A stretch of 64,000 nucleotides of DNA from Phaeosaccion multiseriatum (GCA_965112735.1 OZ218957.1:992001-1056000), one strand, 5' to 3'. Shown: positions 1 to 14,188, counted from the first letter of the stretch. A program made the numbers and translations. Notes: generated by a model not told the origin, from the sequence alone.

Positions 1-1509
1 TTGCTGTTGCTGCTGTTGCTTCCGTTGCTAATGCATCCCCAACTGTTGCTGTTGTTTCTCCTGCTTCATCTTGTACCTCGATACCCTCTTCATTTTCCTC
101 CACGCCATCAGCCTCACCCTGCTTCTTCTCCTCGTCATTCTCCTCCTCCTCCGCGTCTTCCTGATCCGTGAGGTCAACGCCCCCCCCCTCTTGATCGTCG
201 TGATGGCCTTCCTCTTCAATACCCTCCATCACCATCTGCCCCTTCTCGCTTGTCACCCTTACGACCCCCTCCTCTGTAGGCGTAGTGCCATTCACCAAAT
301 CAGCATCCTCAGGAGATGGAGATGGAGACCCATCACCTTGCTGGTCAGGTGCCAAAGAAGCGCCTGCATGAACATCTGGGTCCTCCTTACCCCCCTCTGG
401 GACGGGAGGAAAGAGCAGCCCCTTCTTGGCCAGTAGGAGGTAGGCCTGACGAGCGAAAGCAGCAAAGACGCGGCCAGTGAGTAATTGAGTAACATCGACC
501 CATCCTCCTCCTCAGTCCCATAGAGATCAGACCAGCGCTGCTCTTTCCTCTCTCCCTCCCTCCCTCTCTCCCCCACTCCTTCCCTCCCTCACCTGCACAA
601 TATGAGCGTATTCTCTGGAGGAGAAATGGCCGCAAATGCCCGTCACCGCATTATCCACGCGAGACTGAGGCGCACGCACGCACGCACGCACGCACGATGA
701 TTGAGAGGAGCACAGATAAACACCACAGATGACAGCAGAGGGGTACCACAGATGGCAGCAGAGGAGCACCAACATGAGCATGGCCATCAATGTATGTATC
801 ACTGTCATAAACGGCAGAGACCATGTGGGGTGTGAGGATGGGGGGGCCTACAAGCAGCGATCGAGGCGCTTCGGGGGCGAGCAAGGCACGCACAAAGCAT
901 AAGGAACACACTCCCCCCTGCCCTGCCCTGCCTTGCCCATCCATTGCCATCCCCTGTCTGGCCCTACCCTGCCTCGCCCTGTACCTTGGTGTCTGGCAGC
1001 AGCCTGATGAGCCTCATCTTGACCCCTCGCAGCAGACCTAACCTCGAAAGGGACAGGCGCTGACCCTTACTCTTGCCCTCTTCGTCGTCAGCGCCTCCGT
1101 CCGTTCCGCCCACCTCCACTCCCCCTCCCCCTCCCTCTCTCTGCTGCTCCTCCTCCGTGGTGGTGGTATGCCTGCGTGGAAGAGCTCCTCCCCCCTCCAC
1201 CCCCTCCTCCTCGTGGTCTTTCAGGGCTTCCAGCATGATATCTGCCGTCTCAATGGCCTCCACAAAGCGGCCCGACTTCATCGCCTCATTGCAGGCCTCT
1301 TCCCCGCTTAAGAACTGCACACAGGACAGGCAGACCAAATAGGTACACAGGCACGCAGGAAGGGATCGATGGTGTGGTGCAGTCGGTTTCAGATCTCTCT
1401 CGATTCCCCTCTCCCTCTCGTCTCTACGTCTCTCTCTCTTCTCCTCTCTCCCTCTCCCCCCCAACACCTACCCACCCACTTCTTGGCCACTCAGCTCTCT
1501 CTCTCTCCC

Positions 1510-1545
<36 letters not shown>

Positions 1546-2486
1546 GTCCGTCTGCCTGCCCCTCTCCCTCTCTGTCCCTTCCTCTCTCTCCCCACTTACC
1601 TCCTGAACCTTGTCGAGAAGGAGGAGGACATTCCTCATGCGCTGCTGCCGCTCGTGAGCGCTCAGGGCCGTGAGTACGCTGTCGCAGTTGGAGGTCTGTG
1701 AACACAACACACACACATACACACACACGTCCATACATGCACGCACACACGCACACATAGACGCAGAGAGAAAGAACAGAGGCCGCAAAGATACAAGGGG
1801 CAAGACAAAAGGAGAGAAGGGGGTGACGCAAGGTGGAAGCGCGTGAGAGGAGGGGAGAGAAACACCCACCACCACCAACACCACCGCCCATCCACTGCCA
1901 TCCATCCCGGCACTTGCCCACTACCCACCCACTGCCATCCTTCTCACCTTGGCCGTGCGTAGACGCCGCCGCAGATTGGAAACTTGCACACCGAGCCGCA
2001 CCAGATCAAGATCCACAGCCTGGACCTGGGTGGGCCACACCAGGAGGTGAGCGTGTTGATGATACAGAGGGAGGGAGGGAGGGAGGGAGGGAGGGAGGGA
2101 CGGAAGGGTTGGTGGGTAAGCCTAGGTCATATAGAGAGGACACTCCCCCCTCCCTCCCCTCCACGTGCGCGCAGAGAACCACACACCCGCCACCCCTCTT
2201 TAGCGCCCAACCCGGCCCCACCCATTGACTTAGTATTATCACCCACCTGCTTCATGCCCTCAACGAGCTCTACATGGTTGAGCTTGATGACCTCAGTGAG
2301 CTTCTTGGTGAGGGCGGCCTTTGCTATGTCCTTCTCGCGCAGCTCCACCTCCAAGTACTCGTCGTGCTCCTCCAGAGAGGCCTGATCAGAGGAGGGGGGC
2401 GAGAGGAGGGGGAGAAGGGTTGAGGGAGGAGGAGATTAGTACATACCCACCCAGCCACCTACCCACCCACCCACACATACACACAC

Positions 2487-2523
<37 letters not shown>

Positions 2524-3317
2524 GGCATGTCGTCTATGATGTGCACAACGGGATCGAAGTCTTTGTCGTAGAAGCGACTGTCCAGCGAGGCCACCACCTG
2601 CAGGAAGAGGGGGTGAGTAAGCGGGAGAGTGAGTGAGGAAGTGAGGGGGGGGGGGAAGGAGGGAGTGGGTGACGACCCTTCTCCTCTCTGAGCTCCTTGG
2701 GGCCGACCGCTGTTGCTTCCCAGCCATGAGAAGCCTACCACGCCCAGGGTCAGTCGGTGTGTGTGCCTCTATCCGTCCAGCCCCCCCTCGAAAGGGATTT
2801 GCTCTTCCTCTCTCTCTCTCGTTGCTCTGCTCTTCCTCTATGAATCTCTCTGTCTCTCTCTCTCTCTCTCACACACACACACCTCGTCGTCGCTCCTCAG
2901 CTTGATGACAGACCAAGGCACCTCTCCTTCATTATCCTCGTCGCTTTCGTCACTCTCGTCGTCTTCCAAGCCGCCGCCTTCCTCTGCCTTGAGGGCTATA
3001 AACTTCAGAGGCGCCTCGTTGCGCCGTCGCGTCTTGGGTGAGAGAGTGGCCACAGCTGCGGCCGCGGAGGATACTGCTTCCGCCGCTGCCTTCGCCGCCG
3101 CGGCCGCTTTGATGGAGGGAGAAAACTCATACACCCGCTGCAAGTGCAGCTGGTGTTGCCGGGCCCTCTCCTGCGCCATGCGCTTCTCCGTGCGCTCCAC
3201 AGCCGAAGACTCCTCCCCCCAGAGAGAGGGGTCGCAGAGGGCCTGGAGCGTATCATCAACCTCCTTCAAGTCCACCTTCCCGGCAGCCTCCATCATGGAC
3301 TCCTTCAGCGACTTCAT
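1..3317 (-). CDS. VPS50: Syndetin / VPS50 (EARP complex subunit), multi-exon, runs off the window start
   Basis: Spliced exons read MKSLKES...SDDE|VVASLDSRFYDKDFDPVVHIIDDMP|...EKDIAKAALTKKLTEVIKLNHVELVEGMKQ|VQAVDLDLVRLGVQVSNLRRRLRTAK|TSNCDSVLTALSAHERQQRMRNVLLLLDKVQE|FLSGEEACNEAMKSGRFVEAIE...SRVDNAVTGICGHFSSREYAHIVQ|AYLLL. This is colinear with the syndetin N-terminal (Vps54_N) region. GT-AG introns. Confidence 0.8.
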
Positions 3318-3944
3318 TGTGGCTCACTCAGCTCGACCTACGTCTCCACTCCTGCTCACTCTGAAGTCAAAGACGCTGGAGAGAGAGAGAGAGAAGACCA
3401 GAGAGAGAAGACCAGCAGTTTGGCCTCTCAACATTGGTGTCCCATTTCTTGAGATGTGTCCGCAGCACGACCGGTCAGCTCCCGCCACTCTGGTACGTCT
3501 CCTCCCATTCACCTATTGTCTAATTAAACCATCGTCCTCGCTAGTCGTGGTGTATGGGAGAGGGAGAGAGGAAAGAATGGCAAAAGACCACCGAGCTGAA
3601 ACTGCGGGTCAACATTCATTCCCTCTGTTCCCCTTCTTCCTCTCCCTCCTCTCTACTACTTAGCCTACAACTACTACGACTTGTGCTTCTGCTGCTTCTA
3701 CTGTTTCTGGTTCTGGGATACCTGGGACGGCGCGGTATAGACCACGCGTCAGTAGAGAAAGAGGACGGATTCATCTTTTCATTTCAAATCAAAAGGGCAC
3801 CTCGAGGGGAAGGAAGACGCGTGTTTCGCTGCAATGATGTAGCAGACTCAGAGCACGGGTCTTTCTGGTGCTAGGGAAAGCGTCACCTTCACTACAACTC
3901 TGCGTTACGATTCACTCACCTCGATTTTGGCGGGATACCGCACC

Positions 3945-5174
3945 ATGGAGGGCTTGACGGTGGCAATCCCTCTGCTGGAGGTGTTCAGGAAGGGGAGAAA
4001 GGATTCTAGGTGGAACGCTTTGGAGCTTCATGTCAGCACTGATGTTGCCGGAGGAGGCCACGTTATTCCGTGCCACAAAAATGGGTCTGAATTCACCAGG
4101 ACAGAGAACAAGAAGCTGTGGATCAAGGTGAGCAAGAGCCTGCCTCTTCACCCACTCGGGGCCGCGCTTCACTTCCTCTCCCTTTCTCTCTTTCTACTCT
4201 TGTCTTCGCATCTTCCCGTAACGCAAAGACCCCCCCCTCTCTTCCCCCCCCCCCCCCCCCCCACCCCCATTCCTCTTTCTTGCTTTGCCGCCGCTCAGCT
4301 CACCGAGTTGGAAGTGGAGACTCTAAATGACATGAAGCCGGCCAACGTTCTCTACAACAAGACGACTAAGCTCAAGTTCCCCATCTCAGTCAAGAAAAAG
4401 ATGACAGAAAAGATTCAGCAGGCCTTTGTCCAACGCGTGACTGAGGAGAGTGAGGCGGCCAGGAAGGGGGGGAAGCGTATAGTGGCAGCGGCAGCGGCAG
4501 CCCCGACAGCAGCAAGAGCGCGCGTAACCCCTCCCACCAGCAGCAGAAGGCAAGGACCCTCCATCGAGAGGACAGCAGGCACAACCGGAGGAGGATGGAG
4601 GGGGGTAGAAAGGCCCACTGATCGCAAAAGAAGACGGACGGACGGCGGCGGGGCCAGCACGGCTGGAGGCAGCAGCCGCAAGAAGGGGCCTTTTGAGGTA
4701 TGGGAGGATGCACGAGGGGACGGAAGGGTCCCGAGCGGGGACGAGGGTGCGGCCGAAGCTCGTGGGAAGGAGCGTACAACCAACGCGTGTGGCGGCGAAG
4801 GGAGGCCGCGGAGAGAGCCGCCGACGCCGACGAAAGCAGGTTCGAAGGGAGGAAGGGAGGAAGAGGCGGTTGCTTGCTTGGGACGGTGATTGAGGGGGGC
4901 CTAGAAGAAAATACTTGTGTATATCTGCCTCCCGTTTGCCTGTCTGCATTCCCCTCGCGTGATGGAAGGGGGTGTAAATCACAGCCGACTAGGCTACAAG
5001 GTTACTCCACATCGTAACCGCGCCACCGCTCCTCCCTTTGTCCTCCCATGTCCCCCACCCCACCCCACCCCATCGGACGACTTTCACCAATTACGTAGCT
5101 CCCGTAGGACAGGGCGCGAAACCGAGCGCAAGAGGAGGAGGGATGGGCCCCACTGCCAGTCGCTACTTCAGCGC

Positions 5175-5205
<31 letters not shown>

Positions 5206-7458
5206 GCCTTCGGAGGGGGGTTGGACGTGAGTCCTGTGCGAAACCACAGCCCCGTGCGGCACGTCGGTCCCGCGAAGCGCAACGGCGGCACTGCCCTGAA
5301 AGCGCTTACGTCCGGCCGAGGAGGAGGAGGAGGAGGAGGAGGAGGAGGAGGAGGAGGAGGAGGAGGAGGCTCGATGAGTTCAAGGAGGGACTCTATGGCG
5401 CTCTTCCTTGGCGGGGGACAAGCGCGGCAGCAGCAGCAGCAACAGCAGGGGCAGCAGTTGGTGATACAGCAGCACGGGCTGGGGCAAGGGCACAGGGGCG
5501 GGGCGGCGCGCGGAGGAGGGGAAAGGGGGAGGGGGGCGAAGCTGCAGAGGAAGCTTACGTACAACACACATCGCAACGTGTTATTCGAGGTACCATTTGC
5601 CTGGCCACATAGGAATGATTGGACTGTACTACCAATGCAGGGAGAGGGAGGTGGCAGAGGGAGAGGGAGGGAGGGAGGGAGGGAGGGAGGGAGGGAGGGA
5701 GAAAGGGAGGTTGTTCTCGTTCAACGGCCCTCCTTGCCCTCTTTCGTGCCTCTTTCGTGGCCGAAGCCGTCTCATCACCCCCCACCCACATACTTCCTCA
5801 CACGCATGTTGCATCGTTGTGTCCGTCCGTCCGCCCCCCCACCCCCATCGAGCAGACCAAACCAAGTTTGCACAACCCGTACAGCAGCAGCAGCAGCAGC
5901 GCCGCCCCCTCTTCCACTCTCGGCGTGGCTTTGGCGGGCACCGGGCTGCGCAACCTCGGCAACACGTGCTACATGAACGCCGTGCTGCAGGTGCGTACGG
6001 TATGGTGCTGACAACCGCTCGATGGATACATGACCTCTCCATCTCTCCCTCTTCCTCTCTCTCACCCTCTCCCTCTCCTTCTCCCTCTTCCTCTCCCTCT
6101 CTTTCTCCCTCTCTCCCTCTTCCTCTCCCTCTCCCTCTCGTTCTCCCTCTCCATCTCTCTCCCTCTCTCTCCCTCTCCCTCTCCCTCTCGTTCTCCCTCT
6201 CCATCTCTCTCCCTCTCTCTCCCTCTCCCTCTCCCTCTCCCTCCGGTTCTCCCTCTCCCCCTCCCTCTCCCTCTCCCCCTACCCTTTTAATGATCCACTC
6301 ATCGCAGGGGCTGCTGGCTCTGCCCTCCTTCGTCAGCGATCTCCAGTCCACCCCCTGGGTCTCTGCCATGGTGGATAAGCTCAGGGAGGAGGAGCGGGTC
6401 CGGCAGCTTAGCAAAGCGCAGAAGGAGAAGGAGAACTCCGCCTCCGCCCTCGCTCAGCTTTCAGCAACGGGAGGTGTGACAGTTTCAGCAGCAGCAGCAG
6501 CAGCAGCAGGCACGGCCACCACAAGTGGGGACGAGAAGCCAAGCTCTACACTGGCACTCTACAAGGTGGGGGCTGAAGAGAGAGAGAGGGCCTTAGAGCC
6601 AAGGGGAGAGGACAAGAGGACAAGTGGAGACGGGAGAGGAATGGTAAATTGGGGTGGGGGGGTAGATAGGGAGGGGAGGGGGGGGGAGAAAGAGGAGGAG
6701 ATCACAAAGTAAGCAGCCGCGTCGCGAGCAGCAGGGCAGGGGAAGGGAGGGGTTGAGTCCGGAGTGTATGCCTTACTGCTACTCACAACACACACAACTC
6801 TGGGATGCGCCGTGCCTCTCCTCTCTCCTACCTCTTTTGTCGCAGGCGCTCTTGCTCCTCTCGGTGGCAGCGCGCCCCTCTACAGGCAACTCCACGCTCA
6901 ATCCGGCTCATTTGAAGAGAGCAATGGGCGTGCACACCGCCGCGTTTGCTGGCAACTACCAGCAGGCAAGTTGGGTGTCCGGGTGCCCGAGTGTTGGCGC
7001 ATCCATACATGCCGGGTGTGTGGATGAGTGCTTGATAGTTGCCCTCTCCCTCTCTCTCTTCCCTCTCTTCTCTCCCTCTTCTCTCTCGCTCTGTGTGACT
7101 CTCTCTACTGCTTGTTCTTGGGGCGGTGTATAGCCGCTTCCTTCACTCTGTTGTGCTCTTTTTACACTCTTACGTTGCTCCACTACCGCCTATTAATGTA
7201 TTTTACCCTCTATTGTGCTCTTTATTCAAAAGGACGCGCACGAGTTCCTGAGTGAGGCGCTGAGCGTGTTGGAGGAGGAGTTAGAGCCGCTCGTACCTTA
7301 TGTGGCGCGGAGGGTGAAGAGGGGGGGGGCGCCGACGGAACACAAGCGAAGTGAGGACGAGGGGGAGAAGGAGGACCCGCGCCTGCTGCAAGGAAAGGAG
7401 GAGGTTGCACCGAAGGAGGGAGGAAGCCAGGCGTTGGCCACTGTCCGTGCTGATATCT

Positions 7459-7495
<37 letters not shown>

Positions 7496-10400
7496 GAAGG
7501 AAGGGCTGCTACAGAGAGAGGAGGAGGCGATGCCCAAGAGGGGGGGGGGGCTTGCCTTGGCCACTGTCCGTCAAGATATCAGCAGCAGCAGCAGCAGCAG
7601 CCACCGCAGCGGGAAGGAGGCTGATGCTTCTGCGGGAGAGAGCACCGAGGTGGCCCCGGCCCCGACCCCGCGGGCGAGCACAAGCGGCAGCGGAGAAGGA
7701 GGAGGAGGAGGAGGAGGAGGAGGAGGAGGAGGAGGAGGAGGAGGAGGAGGAGGAGGAGGAGGAGGAGGAGGAGGTGGTGGTGGTTGTGTTGGTGGTGGTG
7801 GTGGTGGTGGTGGTTGTGGTGGTAGCGCCTCGCCTTCGCAAGAGGAGCAGGAAGATCAACAGAAAGAGCTTGTGGCGAGGACGACTCTGCCCACGATGCG
7901 TAACTTCCACGCTGAGGTGCAGGTCACACTCACGTGCAGCAACGCCCAGTGCAGCTACAAGCGACACAAGAGGGAGTTTTATAGAGACTTTTCGCTCGAC
8001 TTGACGGATGATGCTGCTGAAGGAGGAGGAGGAGGAGGAGGAGACGGCGACTGCTCCTTAAGCAGCAACACTGCATATAGTGGTGGTGGTGGTGGTGGTG
8101 GTGGTGGTGGTGGTGGTGATGGTGATGGTGGTGGCAGTAGCATCAGCAGAGGATTGAGTGGTGCCTCGGCCAGTGCAGCGCTGGAGAATGCAACGTCCCT
8201 GGAGGCGCTGCTGAAGAAGTTCTTCGCCTCCACGGAGCTCCTTCTGGACTGCGAGCGCTGCGCTGCGAAGGAAGTCCACGCGGACTACAAGCTTTTGGCC
8301 TTGCCGAGCGTGCTGCTGCTGCATATTAAGCGATTCAAGTATCGGCCGAGCACAGAGAGGTAGGGGGGAGGGAGGGAGGGAGGGAGGGAGGGAGGGAGGG
8401 AGGGAGGGGGGGAGGGAGGGGGGGAGGGAGGGACGGACGGAGGGACGGACGGAGAGAGGGAAGGAGGGAGGAGGGTTGGGGGAGGGGAGGGAGGGTCCTC
8501 ACTCATGGCGAGCCGTTGTCCTTGCCCGTTTGTGTGTATGCGTGTGTGTGTGTGTGTGTGTGCTCACCAATCGCATGCTCTCTCTCCCCCTGTGTGCATC
8601 TCTCTCGCTCGCCGTGGTGCCATGTCTCCATCCGTTGTCGGTCGGTCGTCGTCCTTTTTCACCTCAGTTACGCCAAAATCACACGGCCTGTGGACGTGCC
8701 GTTGCATTTGGACGTTGCTGCGTACTGCTCCAAGTACACGGCCAACAGCGTGTGGAGTGCGCCCTTGGGTGCTGCTTGCGAGGTGTGAATGACTCGGCGG
8801 ATAGGATGGGGTGGGACGCAGTGGATGGCAGTGGATGGGATGGGATGGAATGGGTCATGGATGTTTGTGCTTGAGCTCCAACGCGGCCCGTCGTGTCTGT
8901 GTGGATACTCCTGTTGTGGGCATTGCGATCCTGGCCTGTATTAGTGAAAGAGTGAAAGACTTCTTCTCACCAGTCGTCTCTCTCTCTATTGTTGCGCTTG
9001 CACTTTGCACTTTGCGCTTTGTGGCCGGCGTTGGGGGGGGGGGGGCAGGTCGACGCGTTGGAGGAGGCAGGGATGAAGCTCGACGAGACTAAGTGCCGGC
9101 CTCTTGGGCCCTCCCGGTCAGGGACGGTGAGGGCCTTCACCTCGAGCAAAGACGACAGCTCAGCGGTCATGAGGACGCCCGAAAAGAGCAAGATAAAGGG
9201 AAGGAATCTCCCCATGGTACGATACATCATGTCATGGTCATGCGAGGAGAGAGCGAGTTAGAGGGGCTGTGGGGTTGTTCGTGGGCGGTGCGGGGGGGGG
9301 GGGGGGGTGTATTCCGTCATTGGACATCAGAGCCGGCCACAACCGTTACAGAGCAAAAGACCCAGAGACCTACTTGCCTCGCTCAGTCCTGACCCTGCAT
9401 CAAGGCCTCAACCCCCCCCCCCCTCTCCACCTCAGTTCTCACCCTGACCTAAAGAATCCCCCCCCCCCCCCCCGGCCCTCTCCATGCCTATGCCCATGTC
9501 TATCAGGGGACGGGCTCCGGGCTGGCTTGCTCACCCATTGTGCTAGACTCCGCCTTCACACAAGAGGCGTGCACCAGCAGCTTGCCAACTTCCCTTGCCA
9601 CCGCCCCTCACAGCCTGGCGGGAGAGGGCAAAGAGAACCTGGCCACAGGGAGCCACTTGGGTTTGGGCGGGGGGCAAGGCAGCTTTGGGAGCCCAAGCAG
9701 AGTAAGCCCCAAGTCTGGCTTCAAGGCGTCGGTGGCGAGAAAGCGGAGCAGAGAGGCCGAGGGCGCGTCTGGCCTTGGCTCTGGGGCTGTGAAGGATGGT
9801 GGGGATCGATGGGAAAGCACGTCTCCTCCCCACGCTCTGGCAAGGCTTGTCCCGGACGGCGAGTCGTCCAACAACAGCGGCGGCGGTGAGAGTGAGAGAG
9901 GGAAGAATATTTTTTCCAACTTTGCCTTTTCCTCCGGTAGCGGGCCGAACAGCGACTCTCAGAGTCAGACGGGACAGACAGACTACCTTGGGGCCATCAA
10001 GGGAACACCTCCGAGGGGGAGGGGGGCATCAGCATCGATAGACGAGTCTTTCATCAAGTGTGCAAGGGAAGCGGAGGAAGAGGAGCTTCACAGGGCGATG
10101 CAAGAGTCTGAAGCTCTCTCTTTGGCCAATGCTGCGCGTATCACCACCACCGAGGCGGCGGGGGATGGGGACGGCTTCGAAGAGCAAATGGAAAGGGCAC
10201 GACAAGCCTCGGTGCGTGAGGCTCAAGCTGGAGCTGGGGTTGGGGCTGCGGCATGTGAGGGACAAGTCCACCACCGGGCCATGGCGGTGAGCGAAGAGGA
10301 GGAGCAGCAGCAGATCGAAAGGGCGTGTGCGCAGAGTGCGGAGGAGGAAAAGAAGCGCAGCAGTCGTACTGGAGGCGTTGAAGCTCCGTCCGCTCCATGG

Positions 10401-11507
10401 GTATGTTCCCTGTGCACCCTTGAGAACCCCGCGGGTGCGTCCAAGTGCGAGGTCTGTGGGAACGAAGCTCAAGTCGAGCCAGAGCCCGAGGAGGCTACGC
10501 GTCGAGGAGAGGTAGGGGTGGGGGTGAGCGTCGAGCCTTGGACGTGTGACGCATGCACCACTGTGAACGATGCAGCCTCACGTGTGTGCCAAAGCTGCGA
10601 AGCGCCCCGTGATGCTGATTTCGCTTCGCTCCTGTCGCACGATGCGGGCGGCTGGGGGCGGCGTGAGGAGGAGACACAGCGGCCTAGAGATTTGGAGGCG
10701 ATGGAGATTGAGTTGGAAATGCCCTCTATGGGCTCTATGGGGGCGGGGATGGCCTCTGGGTCTCGGCCGATGTGCGTCTTGCCAGTGGAGAGGGACGGAG
10801 AGATGCAGGGTGCCGAAGGAGGAGGAGGAGGGGGGGGAGGAGGAGGAGGGGAAGGAGGAGAGGGAGGAGGAGGAGGAGGAGAGGGAGGAGGAGGAGGAGG
10901 AGGAGGAGGAGGAGGAGGAGGAGGAGGAGGAGCGGGTGAAGGTGCAGTGCCACGTGTTGAGAGCACCGCGGAGGAAGACGGCGGAAGTGCTTGGACTCCG
11001 CCCCTCATCGAGCGAGCACCACCACTCAGGAGCAAGGTACACTCACGGGATGGTTGACGCTGCGGGTGGGCTCTCCTTGGGGGGGCTCTTGCTTGTTATC
11101 TCACACTCGCACCAAGCATCTAACCCCTCTGCCTGCTCCGCTCTACTGCTCCGCTCTACTGCTGCTGCTGCTGCTGCTGCTGCTGTGCTTTCCCCATGCA
11201 TTGATGCATTGTGCCTCACTGCGGCTGCGAACAGTTTACACTCCGAAGTGTGGTCCACCACCTTGGGGAAACGGCCATTGTTGGGCACTACGTTACCGAC
11301 GTGCTTCCGAAGGGGGGCGGAGGAGGAGCAAAGGAAGGGGCCAAGGGGTGCTGCGGAGAGGTCAAGGGCGAGGGCATTAAGGAGGAGGAGCAGTGGCGGC
11401 GCTTCGACGACAGCAGCGTGCGGGCCGTGGGGGAGGAGGACGTGCTCGGCAGGCAAGCCAAGAAGAGCGCGTACATCGCCTTCTACGTTCGCGACGAGGC
11501 CCACTAA
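3945..11507 (+). CDS. Ubiquitin-specific protease, USP37/USP26/USP29-like, with UIMs and two RanBP2/NZF zinc fingers
   Basis: Cys box GLRNLGNTCYMNAVLQ (~5943-5990); QQ|DAHEFL; LPSVLLLHIKRF; His box VVHHLGETAIVGHY...WRRFDDSSV...AYIAFY, stop at 11507. UIM-like EEEELHRAMQES, EEQMERARQAS, EQQQIERACAQS. WxCxxCTxxN...CxxC occurs twice. ATG in caccATGg context. Confidence 0.9.
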
Positions 11508-11752
11508 GCTTCCTGGGAATGGCCACATCTTAGGTGGTTGTAATCTATTACACCCTTAAGTGCCATCTATAGTTGTCTAAAGTAAAGAGGGGCTGTGAGA
11601 GGCGTGATGATGTAAATCCAACTCAGGGGAAAAAATATGAGTTTAGGCTGTTCGGTACGCTTGTTTCCGGCGCCCCATTCTCGCCCACTTGATGTTCGTG
11701 TGCTGTTGCGAGGGCCCTTTTTCCTCTCCCTTCCAACAAGTCCGGTCTTCAG

Positions 11753-12982
11753 ATGAGAGTTCTCGTGGGCGTCAAGCGCGTCATAGACTATGCCGTTAAA
11801 GTCCGGGTTAACCAAGCTAAGACGGGTGAGAGAGAGAGGATTTCCCCCTCTTTCTGCTCTCCAACACTGTACCGACTCCAGACTTACTTCCCCCCACCTC
11901 GCCCCCTTCCTCCCGTTCTCGCCCCTCTCCCACCCAGCGGTTGAGCTCCAGAATGTAAAAATGTCCATGAACCCGTTCTGTGAGAACGCCTTGGAGGAAG
12001 CCGTCCGACTCAAGGACGAGAAGCACGCCTCTGAGGTGCTTGCAGTCTCCATCGGCCCCAAGAGCTGTCAAGAGACGCTGCGTACGGCCCTCGCCATGGG
12101 GGCGGACAAGGCCATCCACGTGATGGCAGATATGCGCATGGACCAGGAGCTGCAGCCGCTAGCGGTGGCCAAGCTCCTCGCCAAGCTCGCGCAGGACAAC
12201 AAGGCGGACTTGGTGCTGCTGGGTAAGCAGGCAAGTGCAAGTGCGGCTTGCAAAGAGTAGGGCAACCAAGGCTAAAATGCTCCTTGTAGCAGAGATGCCG
12301 TATATAGCTGTGCGATGAGAGCATCCGCTGCCTGGTTTCCAACTGCTGCCCCTGTAGCCGGACGGAGGAAGTATAGACCATGGCATCCCCGCGAGCAGGG
12401 GGGAGACGGAAGTGGACAGTGATGCGTGACTCCCCTCAATGCCACGCCAAGATCGCTACCACATACCCTACAATGGGGTACACGTATGCCGCACCCATGC
12501 CCTTACACTCTCTCCCTCCCCTGTCCCCTGTCCCAGGCGATTGACGGCGATTTTAGTCAAACAGGACCGATGACTGCGGGGTTGCTCGGCTGGCCTCAGG
12601 CGACGTTCGCGGCCTCAGTGGAGGCAGGGGAGAAGGGGGCATTGACAGTCGAGCGGGAGACAGACACAGGCACGCAGACGGTGCGACTCTCTCTGCCCGC
12701 CGTAGTGACGGCAGATCTGCGGCTCAACGAACCACGCTACGCCACCCTACCAAACATCATGAAGGTAAAATGAAACAGACGTGTGGGGCGTCCTTTCTCT
12801 CTTCTTTGTGGGATTTTTTTCTCCCCCCGCTCCTCTTGACTTGTCCATCCTGGAGGAAGGCGGGGAAAGGTCAACTCTGTCTCGCACTACGCCTCCCCTT
12901 ATCCCAACACACAAACGCGGCTCGCCTCAAAGCTGAATGTGCCCTCTTTGGCTGACTACTTTCACCCCTCTTTCTCGTCGGC

Positions 12983-13027
<45 letters not shown>

Positions 13028-13382
13028 CGATCGTACTTACCAACTGTAGGCCAAGAAGAAACCGCTGGACACAATAGAGGCGAGCAGCATGGGTGTCGAC
13101 CTATCCCCGCGGAACACCGTCTCGGCAGTAGGAAACCCGCCAGAGAGGAAAGGTGCGAATGAAGTGACCCAAGCAGTCTTTGGTTGTTGTCCACACCGCA
13201 CAGCAGACCCCCGACATGACTTACTCACGCACCCACTCACTCATTCGCTCTCTCACCCTACGCTGTGCCCCCTCGTCTTGCACCAACACCCTCGTCTCTT
13301 GCGATACGATACAGGTGGCGTGTTTGTAGAGAGTGTAGAAGAGTTGGTGGACAAGCTGAAGAACGAGGCCTCAGTCATTTAG
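11753..13382 (+). CDS. ETFB: Electron transfer flavoprotein beta subunit
   Basis: [19 protein letters not shown]; [17 protein letters not shown]; [10 protein letters not shown]; GKQ|AIDGD; [19 protein letters not shown]|AKKKP; [18 protein letters not shown]. Five exons. Confidence 0.97.
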
Positions 13383-14188
13383 GCAGGCACGCCGGCACAC
13401 AAAACAAACAGTGTACTTAACAATTTTGCAAGAGAGAAGGAAGAGAGAAGGGAAGAGCGGGGTGGCGACACACGAGGGGTATGCTGCCTTTCTGAAACGA
13501 AGCATCTAATGTAGTGCCTTATTTTGGATAGCTTTTTCGTACGTACGTCTAGGTATGTACCTTCCCCTTCCCCTCCTCCCACCCCCCCTCCGCCTCGCTC
13601 AGTCCTCCTCCGCCTCTTGTTGCGCCCTTCTACGAGCTCATTCTCTTCTCTTCCGTCTGTTCTTCGCGGACGCAATCTACTTACTTACAAAGTGCTTTCC
13701 CGCTACCTGCTTGCTGCAGTGCTGCTGCTGCTGCTTTCGCGGCCTTGGCCTTCCCTCGGCGTGTGCCGAAGCACGGTACGCTGCTTGGTAGTCGAAGTCC
13801 TGCACGCACACGCCCACATCCACGCCCCCACCGCTCCGACTGCACGTGTGACCTTCCTCCCCCCGCTCACAAAAACGACAGCCACGCAGCAGCACAGGCC
13901 AGCAGCAGCCAAGCCAAGATGGATGGGCCGGACCGCCTCGCTCGCTTCTGGTAGCGTGCCTTTCAAAATGGAAACAGGCAATACAATAGCCCGAATATTA
14001 TCATTCTGACTTGGCCTGAAGGAGAAACACGCACAGCTGGCTGGTGTACCCCCCGCCCCTCCCCTCCCGTCCCTGCCAGCCCTCCCTGCTGCGGCGATTT
14101 CTGCGGTTGCTACTTCTGCTTCTGCTGCTGCTGCTGCTGCTGCTCCTGCTGCTGGTGCTCCCAATGCTGCTCTTCCTCCTTCCCCGCC

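Noticed and set aside
2713-3663. 316-aa plus-strand ORF
   Set aside because: Antisense to VPS50 exon 1 and CT microsatellites; no domain.
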